A stretch of 61,755 nt of DNA, counting the filler. It is 8 parts of 8 records of this genome, joined end to end, with 100 filler letters (N's around TTAATTAATTAA, not from the genome) between each part and the next. Parts side by side here need not be neighbours in the genome. Positions count along the whole stretch, not along the records: positions 49,720 to 55,732 come from SRR31147125_99271; positions 55,833 to 61,755 come from SRR31147125_99490; 6 more parts are not named here. One strand, written 5' to 3'. A model generated the notes under the pieces. The model did no database searches and was not told the origin of the DNA. It saw only the letters and a program-made list of their open reading frames with translations. Numbering within the stretch: position 1 is the stretch's first letter; each line of letters opens with the position of its first letter. Position numbers and translations under genes: made by a program. Below are positions 52,620 to 61,755 of the stretch, piece by piece.

Positions 52620-54305
52620 ATGATATTTCGTAATAGTCTTGCAACTGCTTGTCTGTTTCTTTTGGTCTTTTTTTCGATCAATCTATACGCAGAAACTTCT
52701 CAATCTGAAGGTATAAAAAGCTATATTAATAAACCGTTTGAACATCCTGCGATAAAGATGGCAATTGAAAGATATAAAAACAATCTTTCATGGAGTATCA
52801 GAAACGGTGAAAAAACACCTACAGCGTTATCAATTCCTGAAAAACAACAACATTCAATTGTTGCTTTGCAGGCTGGAAATTCTTTCACCGGATATCAGAC
52901 TTTTTGCACCGGAACTTTAATTTCCGATCTCGTAGTAGTTTCGGCTGCTCATTGTGTACATCAATGCGAGGACAACGGAACAAACTGCCGAGATGTGCCT
53001 CCTTCAATGACATCAATTGGTTTTGGGGCTACTATGGCAAATCCAGTTGGAAGAGCAAGCATACAAAAAATATTCTATCATGATAAATACGATGGTGTTT
53101 TAGACTACGATTTTTCAGACTATGATGTTTCTGTATTGATTCTATCAGAACCTGCCTCAACAAAAATTCCGGGTATTGTACCTATTCCGTTAAATGAAAG
53201 CGCAATAAACAATACCAATAAAAATGATGTAGTTCAGGTTGTTGGCTACGGTACAACTTTCACAAACATGGATAATCAGGATAAATTCTGGGCCTCATTG
53301 CAAATTCAAATCATAGGTACTTTAGAAATTGGTGTGTCAGATCCCGCAAACAAGCAAGGTGTTTGCCAGGGAGACTCGGGAGGCCCTTTGCTTCATGATT
53401 TAGGAAATGGCATCGTCACAATCGGAGTTGCTTCCGGCGGTCCAATCGTCAATTCCGGAAACAAAAACTGCGTACACCCGGCATATTATTGTCGAATAGA
53501 CAAGAAAATCGATTATATAAAGAGCATTACAAGACAATTTGAAACTGATTGCAAAGTTGTTTGTGAGGGAAATTCATGTGGCGTTATAAACAAATGCAAT
53601 TGTGGTGATTGCGAACAGGATTATGAATGCAAGAGCAACACATGTGTGAAGGTTGTTGACTGCGAAGATACTTGCAAGCAATTCGAATGTGGAAACGTGC
53701 AAGAGTGCTACTGTGGTTCTTGCGGAGCAAACCAAAAATGCACTTACAATAAATGCTTCGATGATTCTACTTCCAAATGCAAACAAGTCTGTAAAGACAT
53801 TGAATGCGGATCATCTTCAGGTTGCGAATGTGGAACTTGCGAACAGGATCAAACTTGCGAAAGCAACAAATGTATTGATAAATCTCTACCTGAAAGCACA
53901 GATGGCGACATAGATACAACTTCCGGTTGCAGTGGTGACTGCAATCAAGATAATTCAAAAGATTATTGCATGAAAAGTGGAATCCATCTTTGCGCTTGTA
54001 AAGACAGCAGATGGACATTAAACGATTGTGTTATATCATGTTCAACCAATAATGAGGAGTTTTCCACTTGCGGATTTGAACCACTCACCAATGAGGATGC
54101 ATGTATCTGCAAAGCTTCCGCACCACAAATTGATGGTGATTCAATTCAAGGTGAAATTGAGATCTCTGAGCAAACAGATGGTTCTGGAGCAGATGATTCC
54201 GGCTCTTCCGGTGGTTGCAGTTCGCTACACTCCATAAATGCCATTGCCTTGATTTTACTGGTAGTTATTCTGGTTTACTCAAGAAAAAGGTCTTTTCAGA
54301 GCTAA
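52620..54305 (+). CDS. Secreted S1 (trypsin-fold) serine protease with Cys-rich repeats and a C-terminal membrane sorting signal
   Basis: Signal peptide, FCTGTLI, SAAHC, YDVSVL and CQGDSGGP. Ends SGGCSS, TM segment, RKR. Confidence 0.9.
   Translation: MIFRNSLATACLFLLVFFSINLYAETSQSEGIKSYINKPFEHPAIKMAIERYKNNLSWSIRNGEKTPTALSIPEKQQHSIVALQAGNSFTGYQTFCTGTLISDLVVVSAAHCVHQCEDNGTNCRDVPPSMTSIGFGATMANPVGRASIQKIFYHDKYDGVLDYDFSDYDVSVLILSEPASTKIPGIVPIPLNESAINNTNKNDVVQVVGYGTTFTNMDNQDKFWASLQIQIIGTLEIGVSDPANKQGVCQGDSGGPLLHDLGNGIVTIGVASGGPIVNSGNKNCVHPAYYCRIDKKIDYIKSITRQFETDCKVVCEGNSCGVINKCNCGDCEQDYECKSNTCVKVVDCEDTCKQFECGNVQECYCGSCGANQKCTYNKCFDDSTSKCKQVCKDIECGSSSGCECGTCEQDQTCESNKCIDKSLPESTDGDIDTTSGCSGDCNQDNSKDYCMKSGIHLCACKDSRWTLNDCVISCSTNNEEFSTCGFEPLTNEDACICKASAPQIDGDSIQGEIEISEQTDGSGADDSGSSGGCSSLHSINAIALILLVVILVYSRKRSFQS
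53547..53880 (+). repeat. Three tandem 8-Cys protein repeats
   Basis: DCKVVCEGNSCGVINKCNCGDCEQDYECKSNTCV / DCEDTCKQFECGNVQECYCGSCGANQKCTYNKCF / KCKQVCKDIECGSSSGCECGTCEQDQTCESNKCI. Confidence 0.85.
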
Positions 54306-54307
54306 AA

Positions 54308-55537
54308 ATGCCGATTATTACCATCATCAATCCGCTTTATTGCCAAGGCAAAGAAATAGCGGAAAATGTTGCGGATGAGCTTGGCTACAAACTATTGAGC
54401 CATGAAGCAATAGAAAGAGTTGTTCATAAGCTTGGCATAAATATGCGGCGTCTTGAGCAGATTTTAAAGGGACACACGCCTTTTTTCAACACTGTAACTC
54501 ATGAATATGAAAAATGCATTGCACGAATACGCTTATCAGTAATTGAAGATTTCATGTTAGACCAAGTCGTTTCATGCGATATTTGGGGGCCACTTTTTCC
54601 ACCACAGATTACGCATGTTTTGAAAATCGGGTTGTTTGCTTCAAAAGAGTATAGAATAGAAGAAGCTATACGTAAACTTGGAATGAACCGTTCAGCTGCT
54701 AATAAACAAATAGATGCTTCAGATGCAGATCTCTCAAGGTGGATAAAATCAATCACCGGACTAAACCTTGAAAACAATCAACTATACGATATCAAGCTAG
54801 CAATGGATGAAATTTCTGTTGAAAAAGCGGTAAAACTAATTGCAGAAAACTCCAAGAAAATGGCAGTGCAAGTTACAGAACAATCTTTGCAAACTCTTGA
54901 AGATTTTCAGTTAGCAGTGCAAGCAAAGCTGGCTTTGATTGATAGGGGGCATATTTACGGTGTACATGCCCATAAAGGACATGTTGAAGTCTTTGTGGAT
55001 AGATACGTACTTCGATTTGAGAATCTTAAGCATGAAATTAAACACATAGTCGATAAAATGAACGGTGTTGAAGACATAACAATAACAACCGATTTTTACC
55101 ACGCTGAATCAAAAGGAAAAAAATCGCGAAAAGCTGCTAATGTGCTTTTGGTTGATGATGAAAAAGATTACGCCATCACATTGTCGAAGAGGCTTAAGCT
55201 TAGATCATTTGGTACCACAGTTGCTTTTTCTGGTGAGGAAGCTTTATTGGTCCTGCAAAACGAAAAACCAGATGTTATTTTGCTTGATCTTAGTATGCCT
55301 GGAATTGATGGCATTGAAGTCTTAAAACAAGTAAAAAAAGATCACAGCGATATTTCGGTAATTATTATCACCGGACACGGTTCAAAAAAAGACGAAGAAG
55401 CTTGTAAAAAGCTAGGTGCTTTCGCATATTTGCATAAACCAGTAGATTTCAATGATCTGACCAAAATTGTTAACCAAGCTCAACTATCTGTCCAAAAAGA
55501 ATCTCTAAGAATAAACCAAGCAAAACCAAACAATTAA
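54308..55537 (+). CDS. Response regulator: cytidylate-kinase-like N-domain, BON-like domain, C-terminal REC
   Basis: IITI...C.GKEIAENVA..LGY, HVLKI.L.A....RI, YDI, then VLLVDDE...DLSMPGIDG...TGHG...KP. Confidence 0.8.
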   Translation: MPIITIINPLYCQGKEIAENVADELGYKLLSHEAIERVVHKLGINMRRLEQILKGHTPFFNTVTHEYEKCIARIRLSVIEDFMLDQVVSCDIWGPLFPPQITHVLKIGLFASKEYRIEEAIRKLGMNRSAANKQIDASDADLSRWIKSITGLNLENNQLYDIKLAMDEISVEKAVKLIAENSKKMAVQVTEQSLQTLEDFQLAVQAKLALIDRGHIYGVHAHKGHVEVFVDRYVLRFENLKHEIKHIVDKMNGVEDITITTDFYHAESKGKKSRKAANVLLVDDEKDYAITLSKRLKLRSFGTTVAFSGEEALLVLQNEKPDVILLDLSMPGIDGIEVLKQVKKDHSDISVIIITGHGSKKDEEACKKLGAFAYLHKPVDFNDLTKIVNQAQLSVQKESLRINQAKPNN

Positions 55538-55668
55538 CTTATTAAAACATTCAAAATAACTATTTAAAACCAAATGGTTAGGTTTTTAATTTTTCCTTTG
55601 ACTTAAACGTTCAATCCAAACTAAAATAGATTGAATAGATTTTGAAATTTTCAATCAGAGGCTGACTA

Positions 55669-55732
55669 ATGGGTGATCTATTAAAAGAATTGTGGGCATT
55701 TATGAAAATAAGGAAACGCTATTGGTTGTTTC
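55669..55732 (+). CDS. DUF5989/SxtK-like small membrane protein (3' truncated; not in the ORF track)
   Basis: GAGG and ATG give MGDLLKELWAFMKIRKRYWLF, matching the L.ELW.F...RKK.WL.P pattern. Confidence 0.7.
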
Positions 55733-55832
55733 NNNNNNNNNNNNNNNNNNNNNNNNNNNNNNNNNNNNNNNNNNNNTTAATTAATTAANNNNNNNNNNNN
55801 NNNNNNNNNNNNNNNNNNNNNNNNNNNNNNNN
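55733..55832. other. Artificial contig linker
   Basis: N44-TTAATTAATTAA-N44. Confidence 0.98.
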
Positions 55833-56792
55833 CAGGACGATCACACCGACGATCAGGCCGGCCACGATGGTGACGATGATGTTGGCGTTGCGGATGGCAT
55901 GGGAGGCGGCCAGGAATTCATCCTGATTCTGGGTGGCGCTGATGGACCAGCCATTTATGCCAACCGGCGCAAAACCGGCGATTTTGTCGACCCCCTTGAA
56001 GGTGTACTCCTCAACACCAGCCTCTCCAGCTTTCATCCGCCGGATAATCGTGTCCATTTCCGTGATGCTGGAAAAATTTGTCTTGAGAATGTGCTCAGGC
56101 TTGGCGTGGGCGATACAAATGCCAGCTGCATTGGCCATCCATCCATAGCCGGTTTCGCCGATTTTGCGGCTTGAAACCACCTTGGTAAAAAACTCCGCCT
56201 TGACCACCAACCCGAATGCACCCAGAAATTTGCCGCTTTCGGACTTTATGGGGGCACAGGCCACGACGATTGGCTTGCCGGTGCTTTTTGACAGAACCAT
56301 GTTGCCCAGAACGGCATTGCCTTCCCGTCGCACGGATTGAAAATATTCCGTATCACCGACATTGATGCCCTTATATTCCGCACCGCCTTCCAGAACGCCG
56401 GTTATCAGTTGACCGTCGACACCGGCGATGAAAATGCCTTGGTAGTGATTACCCATGTTGCGAAATTCAACCCCTATTTCCTTATAAACTGTCTTAACCA
56501 TCGATTCGTTGGCCTGAATGCCAGAATGATCGACGGCTTCACCCAACTCGATGATTTCCTTCTGGCTGGCCAGGATCCGGGATTTTTCCATTTCGGCCTG
56601 GATGACATTGCGGGTAGTTCGGGACAGGTCCGAAGCGATGCCTTCAGCTTGGTTTTTGGATAGGTCCAACAGCGCAACCTGGGATTTGGAAAATGAAATA
56701 TATCCCACCACGATCAATGGGATCAGCACGGCGGAGACTCCCCCGAAGATGAGTTTGGAAGAAATGGACTGCAGGTTGATCTTCATGTTCAT
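55833..56792 (-). CDS. dCache-domain membrane receptor, probably an MCP (3' truncated)
   Basis: TM1, Y...F, EYF..., SKSTGKPIVVACAPI, KIGETGYGW...AH, WSI, TM2. The signalling domain lies beyond the contig end. Confidence 0.8.
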
Positions 56793-56817
56793 GCTCCTTA
56801 AATTGTTGAATAATAAA

Positions 56818-57066
56818 CTAAAAATATTTATAGTATAATAAATTCAGGCCATGAAGGATCTGGCTGGCCTCTTGCTCGGCCTCGACCATGTTGGCCAAAT
56901 CTGACTTGACATAATGGGGAAGATCCGAGGGCAACAGCATTCCCAGCCGGCTGTTGATCATGGCCAGGTATCGGTTGTACCCTGAAGACCATCCAATAAA
57001 ATTTCCCCGGTTGAACAAGGTTTCCGCGGTGTTGCATTCATTTTCCCTATTAGGTGTCGTGGCCAA
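56818..57066 (-). CDS. Small hypothetical protein
   Basis: 82-aa ORF co-oriented between the LuxR-type gene and the receptor. No recognisable motif. Confidence 0.3.
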   Translation of the reverse strand: MATTPNRENECNTAETLFNRGNFIGWSSGYNRYLAMINSRLGMLLPSDLPHYVKSDLANMVEAEQEASQILHGLNLLYYKYF

Positions 57067-57217
57067 TTGGGGGGGGATCGGTGATCACCGCCCTGCCGCC
57101 GGCCAATTCAATCCCAATTAATGTGTTTGATTCTGTTATCGCCGGTAAGGGGTAGCGCTTAACAATGGAAAAAATGGTGGTTAATGGGGGGGCAAAACAC
57201 CCTGTCATGGGTGGTGC

Positions 57218-59083
57218 CTATTCGGCGAGGGAAGTCAGGTAGGTTTGCAGGTTGACCTTTCTATTAGTCAGACCCAGTTTTTCACGAATATTTTTCCGGT
57301 GCCACTGAACCGAACTCGGCGACAGGCCCAGCATCTGGGCGATGCCTTTGGTGTTCTTGCCGGTTCGGATCAGATCGGAAATCTGAACCTCGGTGGGTGT
57401 CAAATCCTGGTATTTCCAGAAAACGGTCTTGGAAAAACGGGACAACATGTCGTTCAGATTGGTTTCGATGATGTTCAGGTAGGCCCGGGCGTCCGTGTTG
57501 ATTGTGCAATTGCCCAGTTTTTCGAGATAGGGAAAGACAAATCGTTTCAGGTTGACCATCATGTTCTCTTCCACCGCCCGTTTTTCAACCTCGCGATGAT
57601 CAAGGGAGGCTTTAAGTGCCTGGTTGACCTTTTCCAGGTAGCGGCTCTTTTCGCCCAGCTCCTTTTCCCGCTCCTGAAGGTCGCGGATCATCTTTTTCCG
57701 CTTGGTGATATCCCGAACAACGGCCAGGGTGTGGGGCGCATCGCCGATCATGGATTGGGTCACGCTGACCTCTGCATCAAACGGTGTTCCGTCTTTACGG
57801 AAAAACCGCCAATCGAAGGATTGACGAATCCCCTGACTGACGAGGTTTCGCCTTCTCTTGAGTTCATCCATGGATGATAATCCGTCGGGCTGGATCGCCG
57901 GTGAAAAGTTCTCGGCCGCCTGTCCCATTATATCTTCCCGGAAAGCGTGGAACAGCTCCAACGCCTTGTGGTTGCAGTCGACCACAATACCATCCTTGAG
58001 GACGAAGATGCCGTCATTGGCGGAATCGAAGAGCTGATGGCAACGGGCTTCGCTGGCGCGAAGGCATTGTTCAGTTTCACACCTTGCGCTGAGGTCCTGG
58101 ATGGTTTCGATGGCAGCAATCCGTTTTCCCTTGGCGTTCATGATGGGTCCGGCGGTAAAGAACAGCCATTTGCCGGTTTTTCCTATTTGTGGGGAAAATG
58201 TCTCGCCTTCATAGCCATCCTTGATCAAGGGCGACTTGCGATAGTTGCTGCCATATCGCTCCTCAAATTCGTGACGGCTAGCGTTCTTGACGATCAGATC
58301 CGCCATCAGCGGCCGGCGGTCTGGATAGAAGGCCTTTTGATGGTTTTCGGTGCCGATCATTTCCTTTGCGGGAACGCCCGTCAGTTTTTCACAGGCCCGG
58401 TTCCAATGGATAATCCTGGAATCCGCATCGATCACAAACGTGGGGATGGGGTTGCCCTCAATAATCTGGGTTAGTTTTTTGGCCTCTTCCTCGCGCTGTT
58501 TGATTTCTTTTTTCAAGGACGACTGAATGCTGACGATAGCCTGCTCGCCTTGCTCGATTTTCAGGAGGTTGAGCCCCATCTCGCCGATCATTTCGGCCAG
58601 CTGCCTGAGGTATTGTAAAATTGCATTTATTCGATCTTTGGGAACAATGGGGATATCCTGTATGGCTTCAATGAATGCCAATTCGTCAAAATTCCATCTT
58701 TCCGCTTGTTGCTTAAAGTTTGCCATGGCCTCCGCATCGGGCGGCTCGAAAAGGAATTTCCCGGTCAACAGGTTGGCAACATGGGTGTAGTTAATGTGGA
58801 TTGGGGTGGCCCCATTGAACAGGCCGTAAGGACAGTTTTGAACGATGGAGTGTTCTCCACGCATCAACTTCGCCTTGAGCTGGGCCTCATTTTCAAGACA
58901 GGTCGAGGCCGATGCAGGATGTCGCAGATAAAAATCAGAGCAGATTTTTTGATGACCGGCATCGGTGCAGATCTTTCCATCCAGCGAAATGATGGATACG
59001 GTGATACCCGTTGCCGAATAAAATGCATCAAAGAGTTGGCCCAGGTTTTCAAAATCGATTATTTTTCTTAAATCCCAAGGCAT
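57218..59083 (-). CDS. One-component regulator PocR-PAS-PAS-LuxR HTH
   Basis: PocR (F..ATG...I...DG, C..F, C, CPYGL), two PAS-PAC units and LTPTEVQI..LI..G..TK.IA..L.LS..SV..HRKNIREKLG. Confidence 0.88.
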   Translation of the reverse strand: MPWDLRKIIDFENLGQLFDAFYSATGITVSIISLDGKICTDAGHQKICSDFYLRHPASASTCLENEAQLKAKLMRGEHSIVQNCPYGLFNGATPIHINYTHVANLLTGKFLFEPPDAEAMANFKQQAERWNFDELAFIEAIQDIPIVPKDRINAILQYLRQLAEMIGEMGLNLLKIEQGEQAIVSIQSSLKKEIKQREEEAKKLTQIIEGNPIPTFVIDADSRIIHWNRACEKLTGVPAKEMIGTENHQKAFYPDRRPLMADLIVKNASRHEFEERYGSNYRKSPLIKDGYEGETFSPQIGKTGKWLFFTAGPIMNAKGKRIAAIETIQDLSARCETEQCLRASEARCHQLFDSANDGIFVLKDGIVVDCNHKALELFHAFREDIMGQAAENFSPAIQPDGLSSMDELKRRRNLVSQGIRQSFDWRFFRKDGTPFDAEVSVTQSMIGDAPHTLAVVRDITKRKKMIRDLQEREKELGEKSRYLEKVNQALKASLDHREVEKRAVEENMMVNLKRFVFPYLEKLGNCTINTDARAYLNIIETNLNDMLSRFSKTVFWKYQDLTPTEVQISDLIRTGKNTKGIAQMLGLSPSSVQWHRKNIREKLGLTNRKVNLQTYLTSLAE

Positions 59084-59373
59084 GTTGCATCGACTCGCTG
59101 GTATGTGGTTCCATATGAAATCAGTCTATCATGTTTTTCGGATGGTGTGTGGTTTTCTTGAATGACGGCAATCCTGAAGGCAGGACCGCATCGGTAGGCG
59201 GGGAGGGGGACAAACGCCGCTTTCATCGAAGGTTGAGGACGAGGGGAAGGCAGTAATTCCGGAAAAATGACTGGATTCACGGTTAGCGTTAATCATATAC
59301 TGTCAATTACAGCTTTTATCCTATCCGCTGGACTACTGTTTAAGCTCTGCCGGTCTTTCAAGGAGGGTAATCG

Positions 59374-60086
59374 ATGAAACGATGTGTCGTTCCTTTCCCC
59401 CCAAACCACATGCTCTGTATTCTATCGATTGCATTATGCATGCTTTTTGCCGGTTGTAAGGCCAATGAGCCACTTCGGCTGGGGTTTATGGCCGGTATAT
59501 CGGGCCGGGGGGCGGATATCGGAATGGCGGCGCGAGATGCGGTCCAGCTATCCGTGGAGCAGTGCGATACACAAGGGGGGATTCGTGGTCGCCAGGTAAC
59601 GCTTATCATCAAGGACGATCAACAACGTGCCGAAGCCGCCGTTAAGGCCGTGCCGGCATTGATCGATGAACGGGTTGCCGCCATTGTCGGCCCCATGTCA
59701 AGTGCGATCGCCGTGGCCATATCAAACTGGGCGGCGACCCAGCGGCTCATCGAACTGGGCGGGAGGGCCGTGGAAGGGGTGACGGTGCCCATCGCCCTTG
59801 ATTGGAACAGCCCGGCCCCAGCCTACCAACAATTTCGGAAAATATATGTTGACCGTTACAACCGGGAACCAGGGTTTCCCGGTTTCTACGCCTACAATGC
59901 GGCCCAGGTGGTCCTGGCGGCCCTGAAAGCCCAAAGACCGAGCCAATCGCTGAAAGAAACCATTCTTTCAATCGTGCATTCGACGGGCTGCAGGGTAAAA
60001 TCAGCTTTGATACATACGGCGATGTCAAACCATCCGCGGCGTCTATCAGGATAATTCGGAACCAAAAGTTCGTCGCCCTGGAGTAA
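59374..60086 (+). pseudogene. LivK-like periplasmic binding lipoprotein with an apparent in-frame internal deletion near 59721 and an indel near 59973
   Basis: FAGC lipobox, LRLG, GGIRGRQV.L...DD. IVGPMSSAIAVAI jumps straight to SNWAATQRLIELGGRAVEG. Corrected tail AFDGLQGKISFDTYGD...KFVALE*. Only about 237 aa. Confidence 0.65.
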
Positions 60087-60090
60087 TGCC

Positions 60091-61755
60091 ATGAAATCCC
60101 GCATCCCCCTGAAACGGTATCTGTCCCTGCATTTCGGCACGGTGGCGATCTTGCCGGTAGTCATCATTTTTTTCCTGGTTTGGTTCTTTATGATGCCGGC
60201 CATACAGATCCGAACGGAAATTCAACATCAGACCATGGCCCGCTCCATCGCCGGTCACATATCGGCCTACCTGGAGGGCGGTGCACGCCAGCTCACCGCC
60301 CTGTCCGAGTACTTTCAAAACCAGGCCTTTGATTCTGGTCAGACGGCGGTTGACCTGTTGGACGCCCAGTGCGGAGATGGAAGATTTTTCGAGGCATTGT
60401 TTGTCATCGAGGCTGAAAACGGCACCGTTAAAGCGGTGGGATTGGCCCGATCCCGGCGCCAGAACCGTGATGACTATATGGTCTTGGATCTTTCCGGTCG
60501 CGGTTTGACTTCCCTTTTGAACTCGCCGAAGAAGGTCGTTTGGTCAGAAACCTTTCTGTCTACCGTCAGCAGTCGTATGGCCGTGGCGCTGAGCGTGCCG
60601 TTGGATGGCGGTTCGATCATAGGGGAAATCCCCTTGGGCAACCTTGCCGAGTTCATCGGTCTATTGCCGGTGGAATCCGAATTCCTTACGCTGGTGATCG
60701 ATGGCCAGGGATTGATCGTGGCCGACTCCCAACGGCAGCGGTCGGGACAGGTGCTCAATGTGAATTACCCATCCGCAGAAAACGGCGGTATACAATCAGC
60801 TTCCGCGGCGTTTGTGTTGGACGGCGTGAAGATGTTGGGAACGGTGGTGGAGATGGATGCGGTGGGTTGGAAAGTCCTGTTTGCCCAACCGGCTAAACAG
60901 GCTTTCCAGCCGCTTCGGCATACACTCGCGCTGATTGGATTGGGAGTGGCCCTTGCCCTGGGGCTGGCCTTGTTCATCGTCTGGTTTCTGGCCGGCAACC
61001 TCACTGTACTTTTTGCCTCCTACGCGGAGAAGGCCGAATCCATCGCCAACGGGCGTTACAACCTGCAATGGCCGGCGGCCAGGACAAAGGAGTTTTTTCA
61101 GCTCAGCCAAAGCCTGCAGCGAATGGCCGAAAAAATCAACCGGCGGGAAAAGGCCCTGGTCGACAGCGAAGCGCGATTGAGGGACCTCGTCGCCAACGTT
61201 CCCAGTGTGGTCTATCAATTCAAAGCGGACCCCAAGGCGTTCGAATCCAGCTCGCTTACCAGCGTGGTGCGGGAACGGAGCATGGAAGTATTCGGGTTGG
61301 ATACTGAGCAGGAAAAATTTTTCAGCAATTTTGTCCATTGTCTTCCTGCGGATGATCAGTCCCGTTTTGTCAAGTCCGTGAAAACGGTGCTGGAAACAGC
61401 GGCCCCCTGGTACTATGAAGGGCGGTTTACCAAGCCGTCCGGTGAGAAAATCTGGTTTGAGGGTCGTTCCGTACCCCGGCGGATCGACGGCGAGCTCATC
61501 TACTACGGCGTGCTCACGGATATCACCCGGCGCAAGGAGATGGAATCTATCCTGCGGATCACCCAATTCAGCTTTGATAACGCCAATATTGGTATCTACC
61601 GAATAGCGCCGGATGCACGGATTATACAGGTCAACCAAAAAGCCGCGCAACTTCTCGGCTATACCAAGCAAGAGATGGAGGCCCTGTCCATTCTCGACAT
61701 CGACACGTTGGTCACCCGTGAAACCTGGGGGCTGGTATGGCAGGATTTGCTTGAA
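60091..61755 (+). CDS. Membrane sensor: TM, Cache, TM, HAMP, PAS, PAS (3' truncated; probably a histidine kinase; not in the ORF track)
   Basis: 555 open codons from ATG 60091 (MKSRIPLKRYLSLHFGTVAILPVV...). WKVL..QP, HAMP EF.QLSQSLQRMAEKI, PAC GVLTDITRRK and VNQKAAQLLGYT. Confidence 0.88.
   Translation, partial: MKSRIPLKRYLSLHFGTVAILPVVIIFFLVWFFMMPAIQIRTEIQHQTMARSIAGHISAYLEGGARQLTALSEYFQNQAFDSGQTAVDLLDAQCGDGRFFEALFVIEAENGTVKAVGLARSRRQNRDDYMVLDLSGRGLTSLLNSPKKVVWSETFLSTVSSRMAVALSVPLDGGSIIGEIPLGNLAEFIGLLPVESEFLTLVIDGQGLIVADSQRQRSGQVLNVNYPSAENGGIQSASAAFVLDGVKMLGTVVEMDAVGWKVLFAQPAKQAFQPLRHTLALIGLGVALALGLALFIVWFLAGNLTVLFASYAEKAESIANGRYNLQWPAARTKEFFQLSQSLQRMAEKINRREKALVDSEARLRDLVANVPSVVYQFKADPKAFESSSLTSVVRERSMEVFGLDTEQEKFFSNFVHCLPADDQSRFVKSVKTVLETAAPWYYEGRFTKPSGEKIWFEGRSVPRRIDGELIYYGVLTDITRRKEMESILRITQFSFDNANIGIYRIAPDARIIQVNQKAAQLLGYTKQEMEALSILDIDTLVTRETWGLVWQDLLE

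Overview
This window is not one locus. It is eight contigs joined by seven identical 100-nt linkers (N44-TTAATTAATTAA-N44), so gene neighbourhood only means something inside each piece. (A) 1-7101, deltaproteobacterial-looking: manC end, rmlD, a C-GCAxxG-C-C protein with an in-frame UGA and a good SECIS-like hairpin (probable selenoprotein), triple-PAS hybrid kinase, USP and ClC-CBS. (B) 7202-14289, gammaproteobacterial-looking: two AraC regulators, cyclophilin-fold protein, MFS, MarR with a long palindromic operator, SDR, MCP and a porin end. (C) 14390-24357, AT-rich chemotaxis operon whose CheA has two Hpt domains and a MshEN-like c-di-GMP motif pair, plus a degenerate YkgJ-like Cys protein. 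(D) 24458-30896, type II secretion gspG-E-F-H-I-J, preceded by an exported DUF1573-like protein with in-frame UGA in a U-G-C motif (second probable selenoprotein). (E) 30997-37395, M20 amidohydrolase, an internally deleted allE remnant, GntR and a TRAP transporter. (F) 37496-49619, SDR, sdhAB with no adjacent anchor gene, a tandem pair of class III CoA-transferases (only one keeps the catalytic Asp) and a LIV-type ABC importer. (G) 49720-55732, triple-REC diguanylate cyclase, a Cys-repeat S1 protease with a C-terminal sorting signal, a response regulator and the start of a DUF5989-like gene. (H) 55833-61755, Cache MCP, PocR-PAS-PAS-LuxR regulator, an internally deleted solute-binding protein and a Cache-HAMP-PAS sensor. 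About a dozen genes are split by single-base indels, mostly in homopolymers, which are most likely sequencing errors. No rRNA, tRNA, CRISPR array or transposase was seen. Family calls come from motif recognition by eye; no searches were run.
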